A DNA stretch of 64,000 bases from Candidatus Cloacimonadales bacterium. Its GTDB lineage: Bacteria > Cloacimonadota > Cloacimonadia > Cloacimonadales > JAFGVF01. The notes under the pieces are model-generated. The model was not told the DNA's origin. It was given only the letters and a program-made list of their open reading frames with translations, and did not search any database. Of this stretch, positions 1-10,031 are shown piece by piece (the stretch's first letter is position 1; each line of letters opens with the position of its first letter). The DNA lies in NCBI GenBank assembly GCA_963663475.2, contig CAXXJV010000001.1, positions 1,120,001 through 1,184,000 of the forward strand. The letters are read 5' to 3'. A program made the position numbers and the translations under genes.

Positions 1-241
1 GATTAATATAACCGAACAGAACTTCCCACCTTTCTTATCAAAAAATAATCTTATGTAGAAGCATGTATGTTAGAGTTTGATATTGGATATCTTACTTTCA
101 TGATGTTTTAGGATGGAAAGGTTAAATAGCAACAAAATCTAAAATTAGATGGAGGTTAAAATGACATAATTGAACTAGAGAAATTGGAAAAAAATTAAGG
201 AGAAATGATGAAACCTCAGAATTATAATATAAGGAGATATT

Positions 242-970
242 ATGAAGTTACTTAAAAAGGTATTTCTATTGTTAATGATAACATGCTGTAGTCATAATCT
301 ATTTGCAGATGATGGCCAAGAAGAATATTTAAGAAAAATTGCTGGAATTATCCAGAAAACTGCTGAAATGCGTTTTGGTGGAGATCTAAATGTTGGTGAT
401 AAAGTGAAATATGAATATAGAGATGATTCACAAGCTGAAGAATTTAAGTTTCACAGTCTGGAAGTAGTATCAAAATATTCAGATAAAGTTACCATACTTG
501 AAAAGTTTGAAGGAAATAATTTAATTATATCATACAATCCTAAGAACTTTGAAGTATTAGAGATAAAAGGAAATGATATAGTAGGCAAAGAATACACTCT
601 TTCTCTACTAAATAAAAATGAATTGAAAGCTTTTGATTCAGTTACAGCATTGCCTTTTATGCAAGAGATTACAGATTTGTATAGGCTTAATAAGACAAAA
701 ACTACTAAATCTATAAAGGGAAAATCAAAAATATCTTGTCAGAAAATTGAATTGAACCCAGATAAAGTTAGTTTTCTAGGTATGTATAAGAAAGAGATGA
801 TAGAAAATGATAGTCATATAATGACAGTATCTCATGATGTACCAAAATTATTACCTTTAATACCTGTTTCTCTAAATAACTACTCGATGAAAGATCTACT
901 AAAAAGAGAAAATTGTGGACTTGTAGAGAATAACTTATTAAAACTAATAGATTTTGAAAAGGTGGAATAG
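242..970 (+). CDS. Secreted hypothetical protein
   Basis: AAGGAG RBS; N-terminal signal peptide ending NLFA; no recognised domain. Confidence 0.75.
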   Translation: MKLLKKVFLLLMITCCSHNLFADDGQEEYLRKIAGIIQKTAEMRFGGDLNVGDKVKYEYRDDSQAEEFKFHSLEVVSKYSDKVTILEKFEGNNLIISYNPKNFEVLEIKGNDIVGKEYTLSLLNKNELKAFDSVTALPFMQEITDLYRLNKTKTTKSIKGKSKISCQKIELNPDKVSFLGMYKKEMIENDSHIMTVSHDVPKLLPLIPVSLNNYSMKDLLKRENCGLVENNLLKLIDFEKVE

Positions 971-1981
971 ATGAATTTTATTAAAATAATATTTGGGGTT
1001 ATATGTCTAGCATTTTTATTAAACGGGTGTATTGAAATCCCTTTTGAAACTAGCCAAGGTGAAGGTAATTATTCTGATCATATAGCTACAGCTAATATTG
1101 ATGGGACTGGTAGATTTGATATTATGGAAAGGGGATACGCATTATTTGTTACTGATCCTAACGATATCACTCAGGAAAAGTTATTACTTATTCATGACAA
1201 ACTTTACTTAATGGATTTAGATGGTACTAACAAAATCTTGTTGTTAGATATCGAGATTGAAAAAAGCTTTGGGCTTAATAATAGCAGAAATAAACTACTT
1301 TATATGCTAAATGATGATTTAATACTATATGATTTTAGAAGTGGTAGTCAAATCCATATTGCAGAAGATATAGACGTAAGTCTTGTTGATGCAAATTTTG
1401 ATAATACTGATAATAAAATTATTTACACTATAAATAAATCAGGTGTGTATTCAGCGATTAATTCTTATGATATTAATATCGGGGTAACTGAAGAACTTTA
1501 TAAAATTGAACTTGCTTCTGTTAGCGCAGACCATGTCAATATAAAAGACGTTTATCAACTTAACAATGCTGTTTTTTTTAAAAAAGCAATAAGAATTGAT
1601 AATTCTGATGGCACTATAACAGTTGTTGTTGAGATTAATAAACTAAATCTAATTTCCAGAGAAATTGATGTGCTTGATCAAGGAAACCGAATAATCCAGT
1701 TTAAACTTGATTACACTACCGGGAATATTGTACTAAAAAAAGACAATCTTTTCTTAACAAATATTTCTAATGTATCTGAACAGGTAGTAATACCACATGA
1801 TGATACATATTATTTTACAGGAGCTGATGTTAGTATTTTTAATGAATTTGTATATACTGCTAGAGGAATATATAATATTGATACTGAAGAATTTATTGAA
1901 ACATCGTTGTGGATTAATGACATCAATAAAAACAAAACCAAAATAATAGGAATTGCTGATTCACCAGCAGAGGAGGAGTAA
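971..1981 (+). CDS. Lipoprotein, possibly TolB-like beta-propeller
   Basis: Lipobox LNGC; NIDGTG and YLMDLDGTN propeller-like repeats. Confidence 0.7.
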   Translation: MNFIKIIFGVICLAFLLNGCIEIPFETSQGEGNYSDHIATANIDGTGRFDIMERGYALFVTDPNDITQEKLLLIHDKLYLMDLDGTNKILLLDIEIEKSFGLNNSRNKLLYMLNDDLILYDFRSGSQIHIAEDIDVSLVDANFDNTDNKIIYTINKSGVYSAINSYDINIGVTEELYKIELASVSADHVNIKDVYQLNNAVFFKKAIRIDNSDGTITVVVEINKLNLISREIDVLDQGNRIIQFKLDYTTGNIVLKKDNLFLTNISNVSEQVVIPHDDTYYFTGADVSIFNEFVYTARGIYNIDTEEFIETSLWINDINKNKTKIIGIADSPAEEE

Positions 1982-2174
1982 CAAAAACATGAAAAAAATA
2001 CAGAATATCCAGAAATAAATACTTATAGTGAAGAATGGCAAAAAGCTGGACTTAATGTGGAATTCCCTGCGAATAATGAATATAATGTAGAGAATTTATC
2101 AAATGCTAATGGAAGTAATATAAATGACTTGATAGATTCATACGATAATCTAGCAATAAATAATCAGTTGCTTA
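1982..2174 (+). pseudogene. Gene fragment truncated by the IS
   Basis: GGAGGAG RBS then ATG AAA AAA ATA at 1989, which stops early; a stop-free frame (EYPEINTYSEEWQKAGL...) runs into the IS end. Confidence 0.45.
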
Positions 2175-3833
2175 TAACTAATCTTTCCGACACCTAAGTT
2201 ATTGCAAATAAACTACAAATTTGTGCATCATAGAGACTCATGTGTCTCTTTATCAGTTGATTATGCAATTCTGCCATTATACTGAATATCTACTTCTGTG
2301 ATTTTATCTATAATTTCTTCATTTTCAAAGAATTTTCTTATCATAATATCAACATCCTTTCTTAACTCAGTTAAATTTGTGTATCCATAAGCTATTGAAT
2401 AATCGATGAAGTCTTTTACTTTTTGAGTAAAAATCGTATTGATAAATATTATTAATGAAGCCTCTTCAAGCTCTTCATAAAATTCAATTAATAGTTGTTC
2501 CATTGAAGGATATGGCTTTTGCTGTTTTTTATAACATAGCATGTTATAAAATACGTACCTAATAGTCAAATCAGCAATCATTGCTAAGTATTTTGAAGAA
2601 TGACTCTGATTATATCCGAAATATTGTTTCATTTCTTTAAATACACATTCTATTGACCATCTTCTCATATAAATCTTTAGAACTTCTATTTCTGAAAGTC
2701 GTAAATCAGTTGTTAAGATAGCCTTCCATCTTTTAACATTAGGGTACTTAAAAAAACATATTTTTATCTTGTCTATTACTCTTCTTTCATTTATTTTTCT
2801 TGAACTTGAAGTATCCAATACTTCAACAATAATTGATTTATGTTTTATTCCAGACTTTCTATCACAAAACCATTTACCAGCTATTTTATTTAGAGTTTTC
2901 AAATCATAATATTGACCATTGAACTTATATTTCTGGGAACCATTTTTTAACATAGACACTAGTGTTATTCCAAGTGGTACAAGTCTTTCAAATACAAAGT
3001 TATAACTTGTGTTGTTATTGAACCATGAATCCCATAATACATATTTAAAAGGTATTTTTCTCTGAATAGTGCGTTTTATCATTTTAATGATAATTTGAGT
3101 CTTTTTTTCTTTTGAGAAACGATTTCTTTGCTCAGTATGAGTGCCTTTGTGGTATCTGGGTCTTTTTGACTTCTTGACTTTTTTCTTTCCAATTTTTAAT
3201 TCAAAATCTAATACAACAGCTGAGACCCCATTACTCCACACTTCAGTTATGTTTTGAAACCCCTTGAAGTATTTTGATAAACAGTGATCATGAAACCAAC
3301 TGATATATTCTGTCTTTTTTCCTGTTTTTACTTTCGATGTATCATCAAAAATTATACAATTATCATTTTCACAGGAAGTATCACTTAGCTTAATAAACCT
3401 TAAAGCAACTTTATATAATAATTTTCTCCATTTATAATTTGAGTTGTTTAGCATATCATTTATTGGTGTTTTGAATTTTGATATATTATTGAATTTTAGA
3501 CCAAAATATAAGGACTTTTTATTCTCAAGAATCATGAACATGAAAAGAAGCATCAGTTCTATAATAGTATGCCCCTTTTGTTTTACTATACCAACTTGCT
3601 TCAAAATACTCCCAAATTTAAATATTTCAAATAAATCTATTATTAATCCTGAATTCAAGCTTGACACTTTTACCTGTTTGTATTCTTTTAGCATATATAC
3701 CTCGTTTTTTATAGTTTCGTTTATTTCCGTAAACAACTAAACTATAATCATATACGAGGTATTTTTGTCAAAAAGTAATTTTACTTATTTTATTGTTAAA
3801 CAACAACTTAATTCATGTCGGAAAGATTAGTTA
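2175..3833 (-). mobile_element. Insertion sequence, IS4/IS701-like DDE family
   Basis: Perfect 18-bp terminal inverted repeats TAACTAATCTTTCCGACA (2175-2192) and TGTCGGAAAGATTAGTTA (3816-3833) around a transposase; target-site duplication ambiguous (possibly TA). Confidence 0.9.
2261..3694 (-). CDS. DDE transposase
   Basis: IIFDDT, YVLWDSWF and YMRRWSIECVFKEMKQ motifs; likely start ATG 3694 after GAGGT. Confidence 0.9.
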   Translation of the reverse strand: MLKEYKQVKVSSLNSGLIIDLFEIFKFGSILKQVGIVKQKGHTIIELMLLFMFMILENKKSLYFGLKFNNISKFKTPINDMLNNSNYKWRKLLYKVALRFIKLSDTSCENDNCIIFDDTSKVKTGKKTEYISWFHDHCLSKYFKGFQNITEVWSNGVSAVVLDFELKIGKKKVKKSKRPRYHKGTHTEQRNRFSKEKKTQIIIKMIKRTIQRKIPFKYVLWDSWFNNNTSYNFVFERLVPLGITLVSMLKNGSQKYKFNGQYYDLKTLNKIAGKWFCDRKSGIKHKSIIVEVLDTSSSRKINERRVIDKIKICFFKYPNVKRWKAILTTDLRLSEIEVLKIYMRRWSIECVFKEMKQYFGYNQSHSSKYLAMIADLTIRYVFYNMLCYKKQQKPYPSMEQLLIEFYEELEEASLIIFINTIFTQKVKDFIDYSIAYGYTNLTELRKDVDIMIRKFFENEEIIDKITEVDIQYNGRIA

Positions 3834-3892
3834 ATATAGCATTTGAAAATTATTTGCAGTTTGTTCTTTACCTTTGTCTAGGGATATTATTA

Positions 3893-3923
3893 ACCCAATA
3901 AAGCTCTATTGCACCATTGGGAT
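3893..3923. repeat. MITE family A, minimal remnant
   Basis: ACCCAAT fused to the right arm AAAGCTCTATTGCACCATTGGGAT. Confidence 0.55.
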
Positions 3924-3942
3924 TAACTTCTGCTTCAATTAA

Positions 3943-4105
3943 ACCCAATAATGCAGTAGACCTTTGCGAATAGCACTATCTTCTTTTGCAAAAGTAAGCT
4001 ACATAATTTTCAGGAATATATATATTATATGCCTTCAAATTCTGTAACTTATTTTGCTAAAAGAATCTAGCACTCTTCATCAAAGTTCTACTGCACCATT
4101 CGGTT
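3943..4105. repeat. MITE family A, full length (~163 bp)
   Basis: ACCCAATAATGCAGTAGACCTTTG ... CAAAGTTCTACTGCACCATTCGGT; similar along its length to the 18585 and 22214 copies. Confidence 0.8.
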
Positions 4106-4111
4106 AAAACT

Positions 4112-4300
4112 GGATCTCTCTCAAGTAGAGTGGGAACTAATTATAACAGTGAATCAAGTAGCTTAAAATCCTCATAGCTCTATGGTCCGACATCTTTGTA
4201 GATATGTGATGCAATACTCTTCTATCTGCAACAATTTGTTTCTTATGATGAGACTTGTTTTCTTATCTACCTGATACACACCTTACTTGAGAGAGAGTCT
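4112..4300. repeat. MITE family B copy 1
   Basis: Left end GGATCTCTCTCAAGTAGAGTGGG; degenerate right end CACACCTTACTTGAGAGAGAGTCT. Confidence 0.55.
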
Positions 4301-4322
4301 TAAACCTTTATGGCTTTAAATG

Positions 4323-5042
4323 TTATTTCTTCGCAATTACAAGCATTTCTATCTCCTCAAACCCTAAAGAATTTTTAGTAAAAACGCCATCTTTACAAGA
4401 AAATACTTTAATGTCGCTAAATCCTGCTAGAGTTAATAACATAGTTAGCTCGGAGGGTATATAGACTCGTTGAACTTCTTTTAGAATGTTACCTTCCGAA
4501 ACTTCAGCACTCCAAGTAAATTCGCCCTTTATAAAGTCAAACTTAGGGTTTTCATCCTTAGATTTAAGATATCTTCTTAAACCATTAAAACATGTAATCA
4601 CAAATTTTGAACCTTCGTTTAGTAAGTTAAAAACCACTTTATAGAAGTTAAGTTCTTTTTCCAGATTACCCAAAACACCGATACCTGCTTCATTTAGACA
4701 GATAACTCCATTAAAACTATTTTTTGGAAAGTTTAGTTTGTTAATTTCTGCTAGATTTGCTTGAATGAAATGTAGGGTTATTCTGGCATTTTTAGCTCTC
4801 TTTCTAGCTTCAAGAAGCATATATTCAGAAATATCTATACCCGTTACTATAAACCCTTTTTTAGCTAATGATATAGAATGTCTGCCTGCTCCACAACCTA
4901 AATCTAATATTTTACTTTCTTTGTCTAATAACATTTCTTTAATAATAAACTCTACTTGTTGCTCTGTTTTTTGTAGAAAATTATTATCTATTTGCTTGAT
5001 AGATAATTCACTCATAGTTTTATTTTGCCAAGGACTACTCAC
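4323..5042 (-). CDS. Class I SAM-dependent methyltransferase
   Basis: ILDLGCGAGRH and VTGIDIS motifs; GTG start with GGAG RBS. Confidence 0.9.
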   Translation of the reverse strand: MSSPWQNKTMSELSIKQIDNNFLQKTEQQVEFIIKEMLLDKESKILDLGCGAGRHSISLAKKGFIVTGIDISEYMLLEARKRAKNARITLHFIQANLAEINKLNFPKNSFNGVICLNEAGIGVLGNLEKELNFYKVVFNLLNEGSKFVITCFNGLRRYLKSKDENPKFDFIKGEFTWSAEVSEGNILKEVQRVYIPSELTMLLTLAGFSDIKVFSCKDGVFTKNSLGFEEIEMLVIAKK

Positions 5043-5140
5043 TGTTAAACTCCTATATATTTTCTATTATAAGCAATTAGGACTATCTGATTAAAGTAGG
5101 CAAGCTTTTTATTTTCTTTTATTGGGAAAGATGAGAGGAT

Positions 5141-5326
5141 AGCTCTCTCCAAAGTAGAGTGGGTTCTGAATATAAAATATCTAATGTCTATAAGAAAAAT
5201 TGCTGTAATTATGCAATGAAGCATCTTTGTCGGAAGGTGGACGGCCTCGTCCGCCATTAGTTTCAAAAAAAATTTGTAGTATTTTTTCAGTATTATAGTA
5301 GTACCCACTCTACTTAAAAGAGATCC
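5141..5326. repeat. MITE family B copy 2
   Basis: Left end AGCTCTCTCCAAAGTAGAGTGGG; right end CCCACTCTACTTAAAAGAGATCC; internal GC-rich hairpin GGTGGACGGCCTCGTCCGCC. Confidence 0.6.
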
Positions 5327-5587
5327 TAAAATAATAAATGCTTTAAACTGAACTAAACCATGTTTTTAAAAAAAATGAGAGAACTATAACCATTTTTAAG
5401 AAAGTGGACTCTATAGTATTGGGATGGACAGATTCTCTTCATCTTTTTCATGATTCTGTGTCATCTGTGTTAAGGATCTACTTTTCAGTGTAATTCGTGA
5501 AATTAGTGGATAGAAGATTTTTATTGATAGTTTTTAATTGACACTTCTTTCCCCCTTTTTAGGATAAATTCAAAGGTGTAAGAAAAT

Positions 5588-6052
5588 ATGAAAATTAGAA
5601 TAATATGTCCAGGCAAGACTAAACAGAAATTTATAGAAGAGGGAATAGCAGAATACACTAAAAGGTTAACTGCCTTCTGCAAGTTAGAAATTATTGAGAC
5701 AGCAGATGTTAAGTTATCTTCTTCCAATAATATTGATATAGTTAAAGAAAAAGAAGCAGAAATAATTGGGAAATATATAAAAAATGATAATTATCTAATT
5801 GCCCTAGATGAGAAGGGAAAACACTTTAGTTCAGTAGATTTTGCGGGATTTATTGACAATTATAAGGGAATAAGAAATATTGACTTCTTGATAGGTGGAG
5901 TATATGGTTTAGCTGATGAATTAAGGCAGAGAGCTGATCTTTTGCTGTCTTTTTCTCAAATGACCTTTACTCACAGAATGATAAGAATGTTATTAGTAGA
6001 ACAAATTTACCGCAGTTTTTGTATATTAAATGGTAAAAAATATCATTATTAA
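5588..6052 (+). CDS. rlmH: 23S rRNA pseudouridine-1915 N3-methyltransferase
   Basis: IALDEKGK, FLIGGVYG, MTFTHRMIRMLLVEQIYR, KYH C-terminus. Confidence 0.95.
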   Translation: MKIRIICPGKTKQKFIEEGIAEYTKRLTAFCKLEIIETADVKLSSSNNIDIVKEKEAEIIGKYIKNDNYLIALDEKGKHFSSVDFAGFIDNYKGIRNIDFLIGGVYGLADELRQRADLLLSFSQMTFTHRMIRMLLVEQIYRSFCILNGKKYHY

Positions 6053-6063
6053 AAGAGGTGATT

Positions 6064-6201
6064 ATGAGTGATTTAATGTTAGCTGTTAGTTTTATGTGGA
6101 AAGGTATGTTGGGTATTTTTGCTTTTATGTTTCTTTTCTATGGAATCATAACTAGCTTAGACAGAATATTTGTGAAGAACAATAAAGGAAAAACTAAATA
6201 G
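6064..6201 (+). CDS. 45-aa single-TM membrane protein, OadG-like (not in the ORF track)
   Basis: AGAGGTG RBS; MSDLMLAVSFMWKGMLGIFAFMFLFYGIITSLDRIFVKNNKGKTK; fills the rlmH-rsmG gap. Confidence 0.7.
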   Translation: MSDLMLAVSFMWKGMLGIFAFMFLFYGIITSLDRIFVKNNKGKTK

Positions 6202-6202
6202 A

Positions 6203-6817
6203 ATGGCAAACAAAGAAATTTTCTTTAAGTATCTTGAAGATAACTTTCCAGAAAGATCTCTTGCTTTAAAGGCTAAATTTGAAGAATACTATCATGTTTT
6301 AGTTGAAGCTAATTCCAAGATAAATCTCTTTTCCAGAAAAATGCCCTTAGAAGAGATATGGACAACCCATTTCTATGATTCTCTTTTGCCTTATAAGTTA
6401 ATTGATTCTAGTAAAAAGAGACTTTTAGATTTTGGTACCGGTGGTGGTTTACCTGGTATTCCAATGGCTATTATCTACCCTCAAATGCAGGTTAATCTCT
6501 TAGATGGAACTAAGAAAAAGATCATGGTGATTAATGAGATGATAGAAATTCTTGATTTACCTAATGTTGGGACTATTTGGTCTCGGATTGAGGATTATAA
6601 TACAATTAATAAGTATGACTACATAATCTGTCGTTCAGTTAAAATTACTCCTCAGTTTAAACAACCCCTACTAAATGTACTTTCTCCCAAAGGTAAGATA
6701 ATTCTCTATAAGAGTAAAATCCTGGATGATGTAGTCCAGTTTGATAAATATAAGATACATAACTACAGTAATGAAATTTTAGGAACTAGAAATATAGTAG
6801 AGATAAATTATGAGTAG
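6203..6817 (+). CDS. rsmG: 16S rRNA m7G527 methyltransferase
   Basis: INL, HFYDSL, LLDFGTGGGLPGIP motifs; typical position before parAB. Confidence 0.95.
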   Translation: MANKEIFFKYLEDNFPERSLALKAKFEEYYHVLVEANSKINLFSRKMPLEEIWTTHFYDSLLPYKLIDSSKKRLLDFGTGGGLPGIPMAIIYPQMQVNLLDGTKKKIMVINEMIEILDLPNVGTIWSRIEDYNTINKYDYIICRSVKITPQFKQPLLNVLSPKGKIILYKSKILDDVVQFDKYKIHNYSNEILGTRNIVEINYE

Positions 6818-7568
6818 AATAATTTCAATAGTAAATCAAAAGGGTGGTGTAGGTAAGACCACAACAGCTATGAACTTAGCTGCAGGCTTGGCTGTTATGG
6901 AGAAGAAGACTCTCCTGATAGATTTAGATCCCCAAGGTAACTCATCTAGTGGCTTAGGTATTGATAAGAATGAAATTGAAAAACATGTATATCATGTGAT
7001 TATTGGTAAGATAGATATTTCTGAGACAATTATGCCAACTTCAATGGATAACTTAGATATTGTACCTGCAAATATTAATTTAACTGGGGCTGAAATTGAG
7101 CTTGTTAAAGAATTTGCCAGAGAACAAAAACTCAAAGAAGCTCTTAAATCTATCTCAAATAACTATGAATTTATTATTATAGACTGTCCTCCTTCTTTAG
7201 GTCTTCTCTCAGTAAATGCTCTTACTGCTTGTACTGATGTTATCATTCCTATCCAGTGTGAATATTTTGCCTTGGAAGGGGTAAGTCAACTCTTAAATAC
7301 TATCAGACTTATTCAGCAGAATCTAAATCCCAAACTCAATGTTTTTGGCATTCTGCTTACGATGTATGATAAAAGACTTAACTTAGCTAATCAAGTAGTA
7401 TCCGAAGTAAAACGTTATTTCAAAGAACAAGTCTTTGAAACTATGATAAATAGAAATGTAAAACTTAGTGAAGCTCCTTCTTATGGGAAATCTATCTTTG
7501 AATATGATATCAAATCTGTAGGTTCCCAAAATTATCTTGAGTTAGCTTCCGAGGTGGTGAATAAATGA
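6810..7568 (+). CDS. parA: Chromosome partitioning ATPase ParA/Soj
   Basis: NQKGGVGKTTT, IDLDPQGN, IIDCPPSLG. Confidence 0.97.
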   Translation: MSRIISIVNQKGGVGKTTTAMNLAAGLAVMEKKTLLIDLDPQGNSSSGLGIDKNEIEKHVYHVIIGKIDISETIMPTSMDNLDIVPANINLTGAEIELVKEFAREQKLKEALKSISNNYEFIIIDCPPSLGLLSVNALTACTDVIIPIQCEYFALEGVSQLLNTIRLIQQNLNPKLNVFGILLTMYDKRLNLANQVVSEVKRYFKEQVFETMINRNVKLSEAPSYGKSIFEYDIKSVGSQNYLELASEVVNK

Positions 7569-8413
7569 GTTTTGAATTAGGCCGTGGATTAGATTCCTTA
7601 ATTTCTAAATTACCTGAATCAACTAATAATGAAACAGGGATAACAACTGTCAAAATAGACTATATTCATCCCAATAAACTCCAACCCAGAAAGCTATTTG
7701 ATCAAGAAAAGCTTGAAGAATTAGCCAATTCAATTAAAGAAAATGGTATAATTCAACCAATAATAGTTACTAAAAGAATGGATGAAGACGGCTATGAATT
7801 AGTTGCTGGAGAAAGACGTTTGGAGGCTTCTAAATTAGCAGGCTTTGATGAGATACCAGTGATTATTCGGTCGATTTCTCCCAAAGAAAAGCTCCTCTAT
7901 GCTATCATAGAAAATGTTCAAAGAGAAGACTTAAATGCCATTGAAGAAGCTTTAGCTTATAATCAGTTGATAGATGATTTTGGTATGTCTCAGGCCCAGG
8001 TAGCTGAAATGATGGGTAAAGATCGTTCTACAATTACTAACACCCTTAGAATGCTTAAGCTTGCCCCACCTGTCCAAAAACTCCTTCTAAATAATGATAT
8101 ATCAGCAGGTCATTGTCGGGCTATTTTACAAGTAGCTCAAGCTGAACAAGAAGATTTTGCCAATATGATCCTGAAAAACTCCTTATCAGTTAGAAAGGCA
8201 GAAGAATTGGCTAAAAATTGGCAAGGAAAAGCTAAGAAAAAACAAGCTGCATTTCAACGGAGAAAAGATGTAGAGGGTATTTTAAAAAATCAACTCAATC
8301 TTAAAATTAAAGTTGAAGAAAAGAATGGTAAGGGTAAGATTGTGATAAATTATTCTAACCAAGAAGAATTAAATAAATTACTTAAATCACTTGAAAGAAA
8401 ACAGCATGTTTAA
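7565..8413 (+). CDS. parB: Chromosome partitioning protein ParB/Spo0J
   Basis: QPRK, GIIQPI, AGERR, ENVQREDL motifs and HTH. Confidence 0.97.
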   Translation: MSFELGRGLDSLISKLPESTNNETGITTVKIDYIHPNKLQPRKLFDQEKLEELANSIKENGIIQPIIVTKRMDEDGYELVAGERRLEASKLAGFDEIPVIIRSISPKEKLLYAIIENVQREDLNAIEEALAYNQLIDDFGMSQAQVAEMMGKDRSTITNTLRMLKLAPPVQKLLLNNDISAGHCRAILQVAQAEQEDFANMILKNSLSVRKAEELAKNWQGKAKKKQAAFQRRKDVEGILKNQLNLKIKVEEKNGKGKIVINYSNQEELNKLLKSLERKQHV

Positions 8414-8639
8414 AAAGTATGAGGGATTTGACCCAAGTTTACTTAAATATCTCAGTCTAATCACCCAGCTGGGACTTTCAATGATTAGTTCAATCGTTAT
8501 TTTTTTATTGATTGGCCGTTGGCTTGATTCCTTACTTGAAACTGAAAATGTATTTTTAATTACAGGTATTATATTAGGTATCCTTAGTGGTATCTTATCA
8601 AATTACATGCTTTTAAAGAAATTTTATGGAAATCAATAA
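8406..8639 (+). CDS. atpZ: AtpZ/AtpI family (ATPase gene 1) membrane protein
   Basis: Two TM helices with GRWLD; first gene of the atp operon; likely ATG at 8406. Confidence 0.8.
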   Translation: MFKKYEGFDPSLLKYLSLITQLGLSMISSIVIFLLIGRWLDSLLETENVFLITGIILGILSGILSNYMLLKKFYGNQ

Positions 8640-9012
8640 ATATATTCTTAGAATTATTAGAATAATTATCTTGACAAATATACCCCTTGTTATATCGATA
8701 TTTATATCTAATAAAGAGTGGGTCAGCTTTAGTTATATTTTAGGTTCAATAGCTAGTGCGGGGAATTTTATCTGGCATAGCTTTGTTGTGCGAAATGCAC
8801 TATCAATGAACGAGAATGCAACTAAACTGCGGGTGGTTAAAGGCTTTTATTTACGCTATGTCGTATTTGTGCTTTATGCCTTTATCATAGCTTTTTTATT
8901 CAGAAATCAGATTGATATTATCTGGTTTGGATTTGGATTATTATCTGCCCAAATCTCTATCTATTTAGATACGATTTGGACTTTAATAAAAAAATACTTA
9001 AGAATCGAGTAA
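8626..9012 (+). CDS. atpI: ATP synthase protein I
   Basis: Four TM helices, FYLRY motif, position before atpB. Confidence 0.8.
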   Translation: MEINKYILRIIRIIILTNIPLVISIFISNKEWVSFSYILGSIASAGNFIWHSFVVRNALSMNENATKLRVVKGFYLRYVVFVLYAFIIAFLFRNQIDIIWFGFGLLSAQISIYLDTIWTLIKKYLRIE

Positions 9013-9015
9013 ACT

Positions 9016-10023
9016 ATGACAAAAAAGAAAATTATTTTAATTGCTTTAGGCATTGTCTTTGTTGTTGAACTTGTTCTATCATTCTATCTAAACTTCAGTA
9101 TAAACTTAGGTACTAACCCTGAAACAGGTAAGTTCGGTATTTATGTTACTGAAGAAGTGGTAGCAATGCAGGATAAAATCAATGAAGAGACTCAACCTGA
9201 TCAGCATTTAATGGATTCTCAAGTAGTAACCAAGTATAAGACTGATAATCCAGACTGGACTATCGCTAATGTTATTGAAAATATTGAATCAAGCCAGGCT
9301 GAGGAAGATTTAGAACACATCAAGGAATATTTACCTTGGGGATCTACTTCCATCTATCTCTTCTTCCATAAATTTCTGGGTGATTCTGCAACTATAAGTG
9401 CAATTCGTATGATTCGCATGATGTTTATAGTTGATCTAATTTTGATAATCTTAGCCTTAATGGTCCGTCGTAAAATTCAGTTTAAACCTGGTAAGCTACA
9501 AGTCGCAACAGAGTGGATTTACGATTCTTTTGAAGGTTTAGTTGGTGAATCCTTAGGGAAGAATAACAAACACTTTACGCCTTATCTCTTAACACTATTC
9601 CTCTTTATCTGGATTAGTAATATGATAGGCTTAATTCCTATTCCAGGAATAAGTGAGCCAACTAGGAATTTGAATGTCACAATCGGTCTTGGTATCATTG
9701 CCATTATAGTCGTACAATACAACGCCATTAAAAAGAAAGGGTTATGGACTCATCTAAAGAGTTTTGCTGAACCTATGTTCTTCTTGGCCCCCCTTAACAT
9801 CATTGGTGAACTTTCCAAAGTAGTTTCCATTGCCTTCCGTCTTTTCGGTAATATAATGGGTGGGGCAATTATTATCTTAGTGGTGTCTGAATTAGTCAAA
9901 TATATCATGGTGCCAATTGTTTTATCAGGCTTCTTTGGACTCTTTGCTGGGTCTGTGCAAGCATTTGTTTTCACAATGTTAGCTATGAGTTACTTGGCAG
10001 TAGAAATTAATTCAGAAGAGTAG
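9016..10023 (+). CDS. atpB: ATP synthase subunit a with N-terminal extension
   Basis: PTRNLNVT, FRLFGNI (essential Arg), VQAFVFTML. Confidence 0.95.
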   Translation: MTKKKIILIALGIVFVVELVLSFYLNFSINLGTNPETGKFGIYVTEEVVAMQDKINEETQPDQHLMDSQVVTKYKTDNPDWTIANVIENIESSQAEEDLEHIKEYLPWGSTSIYLFFHKFLGDSATISAIRMIRMMFIVDLILIILALMVRRKIQFKPGKLQVATEWIYDSFEGLVGESLGKNNKHFTPYLLTLFLFIWISNMIGLIPIPGISEPTRNLNVTIGLGIIAIIVVQYNAIKKKGLWTHLKSFAEPMFFLAPLNIIGELSKVVSIAFRLFGNIMGGAIIILVVSELVKYIMVPIVLSGFFGLFAGSVQAFVFTMLAMSYLAVEINSEE

Positions 10024-10031
10024 GAGGAAAA

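Noticed and set aside
1-241. Partial CDS at the window start
   Set aside because: All + frames contain stops; nothing supportable
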